Of a stretch of 35,141 bases of DNA, positions 8,536-18,153 are shown in pieces. The stretch's first letter is position 1; each line of letters begins with the position of its first letter. The translations under genes and the position numbers were made by a program. The stretch covers positions 1 through 35,141 of the forward strand of contig JAQBGU010000152.1 in the NCBI GenBank assembly GCA_032128375.1, read 5' to 3'. The stretch is from Deltaproteobacteria bacterium (GTDB lineage Bacteria; Myxococcota_A; UBA9160; SMWR01). Under the pieces are notes generated by a model that made no database searches, was not told the DNA's origin, and saw only the letters and a list, made by a program, of their open reading frames with translations.

Positions 8536-11370
8536 ATGCGCCCTCAAATTGCCCGTTCGATGCGTCGCCATGTGGCCCGCGGCTTCCAGTTGGTTCGCCG
8601 TAGCGCCGTACCGTTGGCTGCAAGCGCAGTTCTTTCGTGCGCGAGCCTCGACCCGAACATCGGACCCGATTCCGCGCTCGCTGGCGCCACCGCGACGGGC
8701 TCTGACGAAGTCGACATCGGGTTCTCGAAATTCGTGCTCGACAACGGTCTCACTCTGATCGTTCACGAGGACCACAAAGCGCCGATCGCGGCGGTGAATG
8801 TCTGGTACCACGTCGGTTCGAAGAACGAAAAGCCCGGCCGGACAGGGCTCGCACACTTATTCGAGCACTTGATGTTCAACGGCAGTGAGAACTTCGACGA
8901 CGACTACTTCAAGGCGCTCGATCGCGTGGGCGCCACCGATCTCAACGGCACGACCGATGCCGACCGCACCAACTATTTCCAGAACGTTCCCAGTTCCGCG
9001 CTCGACGTGGTCTTGTGGCTCGAATCGGATCGAATGGGACACCTGCTTGGTGCGGTGACAAAGGAACGTCTCGACGAGCAACGCGGTGTGGTCCAGAACG
9101 AAAAGCGTCAACGCGAAGATCAGCCTTACGGAAGAGTTTTCGAAACGCTCGGAATGATGGCGTATCCGCCCGGCCACCCGTATTCCTGGACGACGATCGG
9201 GTCGATGGAAGACTTGGACGCGGCAAGCCTCGACGACGTCCACAATTGGTTCAAGCAGTACTACGGCGCGAGCAATGCGATCGTCGTGGTCGCGGGCGAT
9301 GTCGATACCGAACAGGTCCACGCTGCGGTCGTGCGGTATTTCGGCGACATCCCGGCCGGACCGCCGTTGTCCCGTGACGAGGTGTGGATTGCACCACCCG
9401 ATGGCGCGCAGCGCCGGCTGCTGGAAGACCGCGTCCCCCAGCCGAGAATTATCAAGGCATGGAACATTCCCGAAGCTGGCAGTCCCGATGGGGACTACTT
9501 GAACCTGGCCAGCGATGTGCTTGGCATGGGAACGAACTCGCGGCTGCACAAGCGGCTCGTGTATGACGAGCAGATCGCGACCGATATTTCCGCATTCGTC
9601 TGGCTGCGTGAGATCGGCGGGCTGCTGGTCGTCTGGGCGACCGCTAGTCCTGGCCAGGATCTCGCGGCCGTCGAGCGCTCGCTGGACGAAGAAGTGCAGC
9701 GATTCATCGATGACGGACCAACGGAGCGGGAGCTCGAACGCGTCAAGAGCGAATACCGCGCGGCGTTCCTTCGCGGCAGCGAACGCATCGGCGGGTTTGG
9801 CGGCAAGTCGGACATCTTGGCACGAAGCGAAGTCTTCGGTGGCAACCCGGACGCGTACAAGCAGAGCCTCAATCGAACGCGCGACGCTACTCCGAAACAG
9901 GTTCGTGTCGCGGCTCAGCGTTGGTTGCGTGGCGGAGAGTCGATCATCGAAGTGCAGCCCTTCGAACAACGCCAGACGACGCCCAGTGATGTCGATCGCT
10001 CGAAGCTCCCAACGCCGTCGGGATGGCCTGAACCCAGTTTCCCCGAGCTCGTCCGTGGGACACTTTCGAACGGCCTGCCCGTGGTGCTCGCGGAGCGACA
10101 CGATGTACCGCTAGTCCAGTTCGACCTGCACGTGGACGCTGGCTACGCGGCGGATTCTCTGGCCACGCCAGGTACCGCGAAGCTGGCGTTGGACATGCTC
10201 GACCAGGGGACCCACAGCCGCGGCGGATTGGAAATCAGTGAGCAGATATCGCTGTTGGGTGCGAGCTTGAGCGTGAGTTCGAACCTGGATCAATCGTCGA
10301 TTCGTCTCGATGCGCTCAAAGAGAACATGGCTGAGTCGCTGGAGATTTTTGCCGATGTCGTACTGAATCCGGCGTTTGTCCTGGAGGAATTCGAACGCGC
10401 CCAGAAACAACAAATTGCGGAAATTGCACGAGAAAAGTCGACGCCCCAGAAGATCGGCATGCGGGTATTTCCGCCGCTGCTGTACGGCCGCGAACACGCC
10501 TATGGAATCCCGTTTAGCGGCACGGGCAGCCCCGAGTCGGTATCGGAGCTGACACCCGACCTGCTTCGCGCGTTTCACACGCGCTGGTTTCGTCCCAACA
10601 ACGCCACGCTCGTCGTGGTTGGTGACACTACGCTCGACGAGCTCCTCCCGCAGCTCGAGGCACTGCTCGGTAGCTGGACGCCCGGCGAAGTTCCGGCGAA
10701 GCCTGTCGGAGTCGTGGAAGGCCGTGACGAAAATCACGTGTTCCTCATCGACATGCCCGGCTCGCTGCAATCTACCATCTTGGCCGGTCACGTTGCGCCT
10801 CCGAAGGCGAACCCAAACGAGGTGGCGATCGATGCGATGAACCAAGTCCTGGGCGGGAGCTTCTCGGCGCGGTTGAACATGAATCTGCGCGAAGACAAGC
10901 ACTGGTCGTACGGCGCTCGCAGCTACTTCATGGATGCGCGGGGCCAGCGGCCGTTTCTCGCCTTTGCTGCAGTCCAAACCGACAAGACCCGGGAAGCCAT
11001 GGCCGAGATCTACCGCGAAATTCGCGAAATCGGAAGCGAGCGCCCGCCGGCCCCCGACGAGATGGCTCGCGTGGTCGACCAACAGACTCTGACATTGCCC
11101 GGTCGCTGGGAGACGATCGATTCGATCGCCGGATCGATCGCGGAAATCGTCCGCTTTGGCTTCTCGGACGACTACTGGCAGCGCTACCCCAGCGCGGTTC
11201 ACGCACTCGAACTCGAACAGGTCAGCGCAATTGCAACCGAGGTGATCCACCCGGAAGGGCTGACCTGGGTCGTGGTCGGGGATCGCGAGAAGATCGAAGC
11301 GGGTATCCGCGACTTGAACCTCGGTGAGATCCAGCTGCTGGACGCGGACGGAATCCCGGTGTCCGACTAA
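8536..11370 (+). CDS. M16 family zinc peptidase (two-module, PqqL-like), probable lipoprotein
   Basis: Inverted zinc motif HLFEH in GRTGLAHLFEHLMF; second module LSNGL...LREDKHWSYG; signal ending VLSC; start uncertain (8470/8536/8560). Confidence 0.92.
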   Translation: MRPQIARSMRRHVARGFQLVRRSAVPLAASAVLSCASLDPNIGPDSALAGATATGSDEVDIGFSKFVLDNGLTLIVHEDHKAPIAAVNVWYHVGSKNEKPGRTGLAHLFEHLMFNGSENFDDDYFKALDRVGATDLNGTTDADRTNYFQNVPSSALDVVLWLESDRMGHLLGAVTKERLDEQRGVVQNEKRQREDQPYGRVFETLGMMAYPPGHPYSWTTIGSMEDLDAASLDDVHNWFKQYYGASNAIVVVAGDVDTEQVHAAVVRYFGDIPAGPPLSRDEVWIAPPDGAQRRLLEDRVPQPRIIKAWNIPEAGSPDGDYLNLASDVLGMGTNSRLHKRLVYDEQIATDISAFVWLREIGGLLVVWATASPGQDLAAVERSLDEEVQRFIDDGPTERELERVKSEYRAAFLRGSERIGGFGGKSDILARSEVFGGNPDAYKQSLNRTRDATPKQVRVAAQRWLRGGESIIEVQPFEQRQTTPSDVDRSKLPTPSGWPEPSFPELVRGTLSNGLPVVLAERHDVPLVQFDLHVDAGYAADSLATPGTAKLALDMLDQGTHSRGGLEISEQISLLGASLSVSSNLDQSSIRLDALKENMAESLEIFADVVLNPAFVLEEFERAQKQQIAEIAREKSTPQKIGMRVFPPLLYGREHAYGIPFSGTGSPESVSELTPDLLRAFHTRWFRPNNATLVVVGDTTLDELLPQLEALLGSWTPGEVPAKPVGVVEGRDENHVFLIDMPGSLQSTILAGHVAPPKANPNEVAIDAMNQVLGGSFSARLNMNLREDKHWSYGARSYFMDARGQRPFLAFAAVQTDKTREAMAEIYREIREIGSERPPAPDEMARVVDQQTLTLPGRWETIDSIAGSIAEIVRFGFSDDYWQRYPSAVHALELEQVSAIATEVIHPEGLTWVVVGDREKIEAGIRDLNLGEIQLLDADGIPVSD

Positions 11371-11603
11371 TCGCTGGCGTTCGCAGCATCGCGGGGCGAC
11401 AGCGTCCAGGTCGTCGTCTGATCTACGAGGGGGCTGTCATCGTCGATACGATCGCACGCGGGATTCGGGCCTCCAAGCCCGTGTACCCAGCCATCCAATG
11501 CGGATGTTGGGCTCAGACCACAGATCGGTCGGGTGAGTGGCCCGGATATTCTTCCAATTCAGGGAGATATTGGATTTCCATCGGGTGTTTGCAGCGAGAT
11601 TCG

Positions 11604-11644
11604 TTGCTTTGATCGGGCTCAGCCTATACGGTTCCGGCCGGAAC
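11604..11644 (+). promoter_or_regulatory. Possible sigma70 promoter with adjacent 14-bp palindrome upstream of the vWA-OmpA gene
   Basis: TTGCTT-N17-TACGGT (11604-11632); GTTCCGGCCGGAAC at 11631-11644. Confidence 0.3.
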
Positions 11645-11728
11645 GCGAAACGGCTTCTCTCAGGCTCTTCATTCCAGGGTAAGCCAAACGCAGGCGTTCG
11701 AACAATCGCGTCACTCGGAGGGCGAAAA

Positions 11729-12832
11729 ATGCGAATCAAGGTGTTGCTCGCGGTGTCGGTAACCGCGCTTACGGTGGGTTGTGCGGCGAAGATGCTTCCT
11801 TCGCAGGCACCGCGACAGGTGAGTCCCCTGCAGTTCGCGTCGAACGAATGGAGAGTGCCGAGTCAGGCAATCGTGATCGCGGACGCGTCGGGCACGACCT
11901 ATATGTCTGGGTCGTTTCCCTACATCAAGGCGATGACACAATCGTTCGTGAAGGCCATGCCAGAAGGGAACACGGCCGCAAAGTATCCCGGAAACTACGA
12001 CGCGTCGTTGATCGGTTTCTCCGGTTTTGACAGGATCGTATCTCCGCTGGCCCCGTTCAACCGCGGCGCGCTCGCTACCAAGGCGGACAGTCTCCGGGTG
12101 CTCGGCGATCTCCACGGCTATGGAGGAACGACACCGCTCGACACTGTGTTCGAAGAGGTTCAGGAAGCGCTCAAGACCAAGAGCGGCGTTGCCGCCGTCG
12201 TGATCTTCTCTGACGGTTTGCCGGATGATCCAGAAGTAACGATGGAAGCCGCGCAAAAGCTGGTTGCCAGCTATTCCGAGCAGGTCTGCTTCCACACGGT
12301 CCATTTCGGAAAAAATACCGAGATCCCAAAGGATTCAGTGGGGGCGCAATTCCTGGCGAAGCTGTCGGCGTTGACGAGCTGTGGCAGCGCGGAGAACCTG
12401 GCAGGGACCTGGGGCCCCGAAAACTTGATGAAGTTCGTCCATGGTGTGTTCGCGGGCGAAGCCGCGAACAAACGTGCGCCTGACCCGTGTGAGGGACGCA
12501 TCGTGTTGCGGGGCATCGAGTTCGAATTCGACAGCGCGAAACTCACGGGCAGTAGCTCGGTGGTTCTCGATGTGGCGGTCGAAGAGTTGGGTCGATGCCC
12601 GAATATCCCGATTCAGATCGATGGTCACACCGATTCGATCGGTTCCGACGCATACAACCAGTCGCTGGGACAGCGGCGGGCCGACAGCGTCAAGCAGTAC
12701 TTCGTCAGCCAGGGGTTGAGCCCTCAGCAGTTGAAGACGCGGAGCTTCGGCGAGTCGAAGCCGGTCGCCTCGAACGACACCGAAGATGGGCGACGTATCA
12801 ACCGTCGGGTCGAGCTCCACCCGGTCCAGTAG
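11729..12832 (+). CDS. Lipoprotein with vWA-like domain and C-terminal OmpA peptidoglycan-binding domain
   Basis: GGAGG RBS; lipobox TVGC; MIDAS-like DASGT...GGTTPL...IFSDG; OmpA motifs FEFDSA, IDGHTDSIG, NQSLGQRRA, NRRVE. Confidence 0.88.
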   Translation: MRIKVLLAVSVTALTVGCAAKMLPSQAPRQVSPLQFASNEWRVPSQAIVIADASGTTYMSGSFPYIKAMTQSFVKAMPEGNTAAKYPGNYDASLIGFSGFDRIVSPLAPFNRGALATKADSLRVLGDLHGYGGTTPLDTVFEEVQEALKTKSGVAAVVIFSDGLPDDPEVTMEAAQKLVASYSEQVCFHTVHFGKNTEIPKDSVGAQFLAKLSALTSCGSAENLAGTWGPENLMKFVHGVFAGEAANKRAPDPCEGRIVLRGIEFEFDSAKLTGSSSVVLDVAVEELGRCPNIPIQIDGHTDSIGSDAYNQSLGQRRADSVKQYFVSQGLSPQQLKTRSFGESKPVASNDTEDGRRINRRVELHPVQ

Positions 12833-12867
12833 CGTGGACAGGCAATAGACCGACGATCGTGGATCCA

Positions 12868-12898
12868 CAGTGAGGCGGCGGCTTCCGCCGCCTCACTG
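12868..12898. terminator. Perfect 14-bp GC hairpin between convergent genes (likely bidirectional terminator)
   Basis: CAGTGAGGCGGCGG-ctt-CCGCCGCCTCACTG; no U-tract on either side. Confidence 0.65.
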
Positions 12899-12921
12899 GA
12901 CCCCTTCACCGGTTCATTGCG

Positions 12922-14145
12922 TCATCGCGCAGGGATCTGGCGTTCGCGTGCAGCGACTCCGAACTGCGTCGTTGCGACAACGAACAGCACTGCGTTGACA
13001 GTGAGTCCGATCGGGATCGATGTCGCGTCGGCGAGCGCGCCGAGCGCGATCGGGCCGAGTAAGAAACCCGCGTCCCCGGCCGAGCGATACAGACCCATCG
13101 CGAGCCCGCGCAGGTCGGGTGGTGCGATGTCCGCCACGTAGGCGGCCGGCGCCGGACCGATCGTTGCTGTCCCAATCGCCAGCAACGCGGCCGCGGCTGC
13201 GAACGTCACTCCAGTGCCGGCGGCAGCCATCATGAGCAAGGCGGCGCCGACCAGCACACCCGCAGGAACGATCGCCCATTTTCGGCCGAACCGGTCTGCG
13301 ACCCAGGCCGCCGGAGCGACGCCCAGCAAGTTGATGATCGCCATTGCGGCAAACAATGCGCCGAGGCTGCCCGCCGAATAACCAAAACGCGAGGCGGCGA
13401 GCAATGGCATCAGAGTCATCCGGCCTCCCGCACGCGTCAGAAACACCGCGAACGTCACGCCTGCGACTGCTGCGAAGTCTCGACTCAGGAGCAGGCGCAG
13501 CCACGCGGGTCGGTCGGGTCGATCGGTCGTGGGCGCGTCCGTGCGCAGTGTCGGACGCACGCGAGTTTCGGGCAGCCGAAAATACGCGAAGGACGCCGTG
13601 AGCAGCGATGCCGCGCCCACTGCATAGAACGGAACGCGGAAGCCATAGATTTCCGCCAGCAGACCGCCGATTGCGGGGCCGATCGAGACGCCGAACAGCA
13701 GCGCACCCTGGTTGGCACCGATGAACCTCGCTCGATTTGCGGGTGTCGAAATGTCGATCAAATAGACCTGAGCGCCGGTCATGTACATCGCTGATCCTGC
13801 TCCGGCAACAAACCGCCAAGCCAGGAGCTCTGCGAGATCACCCGATGCTCCTGAGCCCAGCATGCCAACCGCGCTGATCAGGGGGCCACCGGCGAGCAGG
13901 ATCCGGCGGCCATAGCGGTCCGAGAGGACGCCGAGCGGAACGTTCAAGATCAGCCGCGCCAATGCGAACGTCGAAAGCGTCAAACCGATCGCGGCCGCCC
14001 CGACCCCAAAGCTGCTCGCGAACAGGGGCAGCACCGGGGCCATCACGCCTTGGCCCGACATGACCAAAGCTGTCGAAACGAGGATCAGCGTCAGCCTCTC
14101 GTTTTTCCGCATCAGCGCGACAACGCGTCTGGGCTGGTCGAGCAT
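12922..14145 (-). CDS. MFS transporter (DHA1-like)
   Basis: About 12 hydrophobic segments; motif A GVLSDRYGRR and its repeat WVADRFGRK; WRFVAGAG. Confidence 0.92.
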   Translation of the reverse strand: MLDQPRRVVALMRKNERLTLILVSTALVMSGQGVMAPVLPLFASSFGVGAAAIGLTLSTFALARLILNVPLGVLSDRYGRRILLAGGPLISAVGMLGSGASGDLAELLAWRFVAGAGSAMYMTGAQVYLIDISTPANRARFIGANQGALLFGVSIGPAIGGLLAEIYGFRVPFYAVGAASLLTASFAYFRLPETRVRPTLRTDAPTTDRPDRPAWLRLLLSRDFAAVAGVTFAVFLTRAGGRMTLMPLLAASRFGYSAGSLGALFAAMAIINLLGVAPAAWVADRFGRKWAIVPAGVLVGAALLMMAAAGTGVTFAAAAALLAIGTATIGPAPAAYVADIAPPDLRGLAMGLYRSAGDAGFLLGPIALGALADATSIPIGLTVNAVLFVVATTQFGVAARERQIPAR

Positions 14146-14295
14146 CGATGCAGCCTAGCCCGCAATCCTCAACTCCTGCCGGCCTTTGCTCCCACATCGA
14201 CGCAGAACGCCGATCGCGTTGCCGCGACCGGCGTTGTTCTGGCGAACTCTTCGTTGGTATGGCGGAGTGCAGTTGGTAACGCTGGATCCGTGGAG

Positions 14296-14865
14296 TCAGC
14301 TCGAACTCCCGAGGTTGACGATTTCGACGCGGCGGTTTCTTTGGCGGCCTTGACTGTCTTCGTTGCTCGCAACCGGCTCCCCTTCACCCATTCCACTGGA
14401 TTCGAGGCGTGTGGCGGGGACACCGGCGTCAGTCAAGAAAATCTTGACTGTGTCTGCTCGCCGAATCGACAGTTGCTCGTTGTAGGTCGCCGACCCGATG
14501 CTGTCGGTGTGCCCCTGGACGGCGAATCGAAACGAGTCGAGTTCAGGTGTTTTCAAAGCGACGCCGAGCTTTTCGAGCAGAGATTCCCCTTCGGGGCGCA
14601 GCTCGGCGGAGTTGAACTCGAACAGAATCGGCAACCGGACCGTCGGTGCCGGTTCGCCGGCTTCGATTCGGGTCCCCCGCGCCGGGGCGAGTGCCGAGAC
14701 GATATCGACGGATTCGATGGCGTCGGGCGCGGCGAGCGTGAAATCGGAGACGAGTGATTGGCCGGTTGCGACTGCGGGTAGCATCGCGATGGCAATCGCG
14801 ACGGCCAGCCAGATTCGGGCCGATCGCGCTGTCTTCTGCAGTTGTTCATCGAATTGCCTGGCCAT
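14296..14865 (-). CDS. Small exported OmpA-family protein
   Basis: Signal peptide; ILFEFNSAEL, VQGHTDSIG, NEQLSIRRA, NRRVEI; AAGGAG RBS. Confidence 0.9.
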   Translation of the reverse strand: MARQFDEQLQKTARSARIWLAVAIAIAMLPAVATGQSLVSDFTLAAPDAIESVDIVSALAPARGTRIEAGEPAPTVRLPILFEFNSAELRPEGESLLEKLGVALKTPELDSFRFAVQGHTDSIGSATYNEQLSIRRADTVKIFLTDAGVPATRLESSGMGEGEPVASNEDSQGRQRNRRVEIVNLGSSS

Positions 14866-14895
14866 CGCGTGGTCTCCTTCTTTTTACTTCGAGGC

Positions 14896-14938
14896 AGACT
14901 ACCGGTGCGATCGAAGATCGACTGTGAACTACTTCACT
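14896..14938 (-). promoter_or_regulatory. CRP/FNR-family box with class II promoter geometry upstream of the small OmpA gene
   Basis: TGTGA-ACTACT-TCACT at 14923-14938 (9/10 match to TGTGA-N6-TCACA); minus-strand -10 TAGTCT at 14901-14896 places the box centre near -41.5. Confidence 0.6.
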
Positions 14939-14989
14939 TTTTTGGCAGATCGAGTGGCGATTTGTCTGTTAGGCGAAGGAAATCCGATT

Positions 14990-16156
14990 TCAGCTCCCAT
15001 TCGGGGAGCGACTGATCCGGCTCATCTGATTACTCCGACGACTCCGCAAACGCAGTGCCCAAGCGCCTAGCAGTAGGGCAGCCGCGATACCCGTGGCGAT
15101 ACGCGCGGCGCCGATAGGCACCGGATCGCTTCCGGCTGCCGGTGGCGCAGCGGGCCCGCCCGGGGCCGGAGTTGCCGTTTCCAACCGAAAACGCAGCGCG
15201 TACAGGCGCGGTTGCGTGGCGCCCCCATCGTCAGAGATCAGAATCAGGCTCCGGTCGCCGGCTTCGAGCGTTGGCCCGAGCGTCATTCCTTCGAAATTGT
15301 CGCCTAGTGCAGTGCCCTCCCACAGCAATCGCTTCTGGACGGGCTCGATTTTGGGATCGATCAGGAACGGGCGGGCGCTGGTATCGGTCGCTTGGGTCCA
15401 GTCGAGCGAATAGATTCGCGATCGAATCCCCCCACTGCCGATCCCGCGCTCGAGCGCCAGCAACGGCCCTCCCGAGACCGCAACAAGGTCGACGACACCG
15501 CTGCGCGCGAAACCACCCATGGGTTCGCCGGGGATCGGGTCCGTTCGGTAGGCCCATTGCCCGCCCGGAGCCCAATTGCGCTCAGGCGACGAACGGTCGA
15601 AGCGCTGCAGTCGGACCAGCGAGCCACGGGCCGCGGTTGATTTCGGTCCATCGACGCGCAGCGCTTCCTCATTGGCAAACCACAGTGTACCGGTCGGGTC
15701 GAGCGAAAGTGCCTCGAGGCTCAAGTTTCGGCGCGCCTTGGCGAAGACCGACGGAACCGCAATCGTGTGTAGGACCGAGCCGTCATCGATGTCGTGTTCG
15801 CGCACGGCCGGCCCGACCTCGTCGCAGACCCAAACGGATCCGGGAGCGGCGAACGCGATCCCCTCGGTGTCTCGAGCCGATGCCAGTGTTGTCGCTTTCT
15901 CGACACTCGACTCGGCGATTCGCCCCGTCACCCGATCGATACGGAGTTCGAGTGCGAACAGATCGCCCGCTTGATCGCTGACTGCGTAGTAGCGGTTCTC
16001 ACCGGCGTGAGTGATGCCGGATAGTCCGAATGCTCCACTGCGTCCGCGAGGCAGTTCGACGGCACCCTGACCAGGGTCGATGATCACCGCAGCGAAGCCC
16101 GCTGGCGCCATCGCGATTCCGAACGCGATCAGCGCACCGATCGTCGATTGATGCAT
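14990..16156 (-). CDS. Exported esterase-like activity of phytase family protein with C-terminal membrane anchor
   Basis: Signal peptide; GLSGIT, YAVSDQ, DTEGIA, NLSLEAL, DNFEGMTLGP, LISDD; Pro/Ala linker, then TM and Arg-rich tail. Confidence 0.85.
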   Translation of the reverse strand: MHQSTIGALIAFGIAMAPAGFAAVIIDPGQGAVELPRGRSGAFGLSGITHAGENRYYAVSDQAGDLFALELRIDRVTGRIAESSVEKATTLASARDTEGIAFAAPGSVWVCDEVGPAVREHDIDDGSVLHTIAVPSVFAKARRNLSLEALSLDPTGTLWFANEEALRVDGPKSTAARGSLVRLQRFDRSSPERNWAPGGQWAYRTDPIPGEPMGGFARSGVVDLVAVSGGPLLALERGIGSGGIRSRIYSLDWTQATDTSARPFLIDPKIEPVQKRLLWEGTALGDNFEGMTLGPTLEAGDRSLILISDDGGATQPRLYALRFRLETATPAPGGPAAPPAAGSDPVPIGAARIATGIAAALLLGAWALRLRSRRSNQMSRISRSPNGS

Positions 16157-16283
16157 TGCCAGTCCCCATCGTGCAACACGGCCTTGTTCTGGAATCTACA
16201 CGCGTTCGACCCGGGTCGGTTGCCCCGAACCCCCGTTGTTCCGCTTTTGATGGTTCCAGCTTCGACTCGACTATGCTCGGCCG

Positions 16284-17576
16284 ATGTTCCCTGAACCGGC
16301 CGGATCGCTTCAGACGCTATTGCTGGTGCTGGCTGTGGTCAGCCTTGTGGGCGTTCCGATCTACGCGCGTCTTGCGCGCGGCCGAGCCTATTCGATTTTC
16401 GTAGCCGTGATCTTGCTGTTTTCGTTGAGCGGAATGCTGGCGACCGAGATCCAGTTGGCGCGCTGGGTCGTCGCGGGCGCGCTGCCGTGGGTGATCGGTC
16501 TGTGGATCTTCGGCTGCCTCGCGGCTACAGGACACCTCGTCTATCTGGTACGCGCGCGCCTGCGATCTCGTCTGTTTCGCGCGCTGATCAGCGTGCCTGG
16601 GCAAACCCTGATTGCCGCAGGCTTTCTGGCGGGACCCTGGCAACTTCTGCTGTGGCCGATGCGCGCAGGCGCCGAAGCTCTCGATTGGAGCGGCGTGATC
16701 GCCGTGATCCGGTGGCTCGATGTAGCGCCGTTCGCGCTGGCGGTGGCTTCGATTGCGACCTCGGTGCGCGTCCGGGCCGAGTGGGTTCGCGTGCATCTGG
16801 CCACCGATGGCCCAGAGCGTACGGAACGCCTGCCGGTCGAACGACATCGGCGCCCCCCCGAGCCGCTGGATCGGCCGGGTCTTCGCATCGTGCAGATCTC
16901 TGATCCGCACCTCGGACCGTGGCAGTCCGTGAAAAGTCTGCAGCGGATCCTCGAGTCGCTTCTGCAGCACGACCCCGACCTGGTGTTATTGACGGGTGAC
17001 TTCCTGACGATGGAAGGGCAGGGGACTCCCGGAGCGCTCGAGGACGCCCTGGCTCCGCTGCGATCGATTGGAGACCGCTGTTTCGCGATCTTCGGCAATC
17101 ACGACCACGAAGCCCCGCAAGAAGTTCGCTCGGCGCTCGAAGGCAATGGGATCACTCTGCTGGTCGATCAGGAAGCTCTGCTCTCGACTCCGATCGGCTC
17201 GGTTCAACTCGTCGGAGCCGATTACGTCGGGCGGGGTTACAAAGAACACCTCGAACAGCTCCTCGAGCGATACCCGCGACGTTCCGCCCACCACCGGCTG
17301 CTTCTACTCCACGACCCGCTCGGCTTCCATCAGCTGGAAAGCGGCGCAGTCGACCTCACGCTCTCCGGCCACACCCATGGCGGGCAACTCGGTTTGGTCA
17401 GCCTCGGCCTCGACTGGACGGTCTTGAAACGTTCACGCTGGCCCGACCACGGTTTGTTCGGCAAAGGTTCCAACCGCCTCTACGTCCACCGGGGTACCGG
17501 CTTTTACGGCTTTCCTCTTCGCATCGGCGTGCCGGCAGAAACCTCGCTCCTCGAACTCATCCCGCATACCTACTGA
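16284..17576 (+). CDS. Membrane-anchored metallophosphoesterase (calcineurin-like, YkuE type)
   Basis: N-terminal TM helices; ISDPHLG, LTGDFL, FGNHD, LLHDP, SGHTHGGQ. Confidence 0.9.
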   Translation: MFPEPAGSLQTLLLVLAVVSLVGVPIYARLARGRAYSIFVAVILLFSLSGMLATEIQLARWVVAGALPWVIGLWIFGCLAATGHLVYLVRARLRSRLFRALISVPGQTLIAAGFLAGPWQLLLWPMRAGAEALDWSGVIAVIRWLDVAPFALAVASIATSVRVRAEWVRVHLATDGPERTERLPVERHRRPPEPLDRPGLRIVQISDPHLGPWQSVKSLQRILESLLQHDPDLVLLTGDFLTMEGQGTPGALEDALAPLRSIGDRCFAIFGNHDHEAPQEVRSALEGNGITLLVDQEALLSTPIGSVQLVGADYVGRGYKEHLEQLLERYPRRSAHHRLLLLHDPLGFHQLESGAVDLTLSGHTHGGQLGLVSLGLDWTVLKRSRWPDHGLFGKGSNRLYVHRGTGFYGFPLRIGVPAETSLLELIPHTY

Positions 17577-17601
17577 GGGACCCCGCTGCCGTCGCTCGGC
17601 G

Positions 17602-18153
17602 CTAGGTACCTCCGAGAGCGTCATCCAAGATCGCGTTCGCCCGATCGCGCGCTTCGTCAAAAGGGTCTACCAAACCGCGTGGCACGGTCGATCGCGCTGC
17701 TGCCAGCAAGAAGAACACGCTCTGCACCAGGAAAAATCCCCAGATCGCGAGTACGACCGATAGTGTCGAGTTTCCCACCAACGCGGATGAGACCGACAGT
17801 CCGCCCACCAGCAGCAGTGACTCCACCACGACTGCGCGAACGAACGATCCGGGGTGAGCGAGCCCGCTGCGTGCCAGACCCAACGCGAGTGCCACCGCGA
17901 CCAACGCATCGCGCGGTGTCGTGTCGAAAATCGCAATCATTGCGATCAAAGCACTCGCGAACACAGCCGCTGCCACCCCGCGACGGCGAGTGTCCCCGAG
18001 ACCCGTCAGATAGAGCGGAACGACCAGGGCTGCGAAGCCGACCAGAACCCACTGTCCGCCAAGCAACGGGCCCAGCGTCAATGCGAACGGTGCGAATGCT
18101 GCAGCCGCTACCGCGCCAAACAACACACTTCGAGAAAAATCGCCCCAACGCAT
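17602..18153 (-). CDS. Multi-pass membrane protein of unknown function, coupled to the pspA-like gene
   Basis: About 6 hydrophobic segments and a polar C-terminal helix (DPFDEARDRANAILDD); start overlaps the PspA stop (TGATG). Confidence 0.8.
   Translation of the reverse strand: MRWGDFSRSVLFGAVAAAAFAPFALTLGPLLGGQWVLVGFAALVVPLYLTGLGDTRRRGVAAAVFASALIAMIAIFDTTPRDALVAVALALGLARSGLAHPGSFVRAVVVESLLLVGGLSVSSALVGNSTLSVVLAIWGFFLVQSVFFLLAAARSTVPRGLVDPFDEARDRANAILDDALGGT

Noticed and set aside
8857..11250. Long antisense ORFs (414 aa and 379 aa) opposite the M16 peptidase, and similar ones opposite lpdA, the vWA gene, the symporter and the amidohydrolase
   Set aside because: Expected shadow ORFs from GC-rich codon bias; no recognisable motifs; fully overlap well-supported genes
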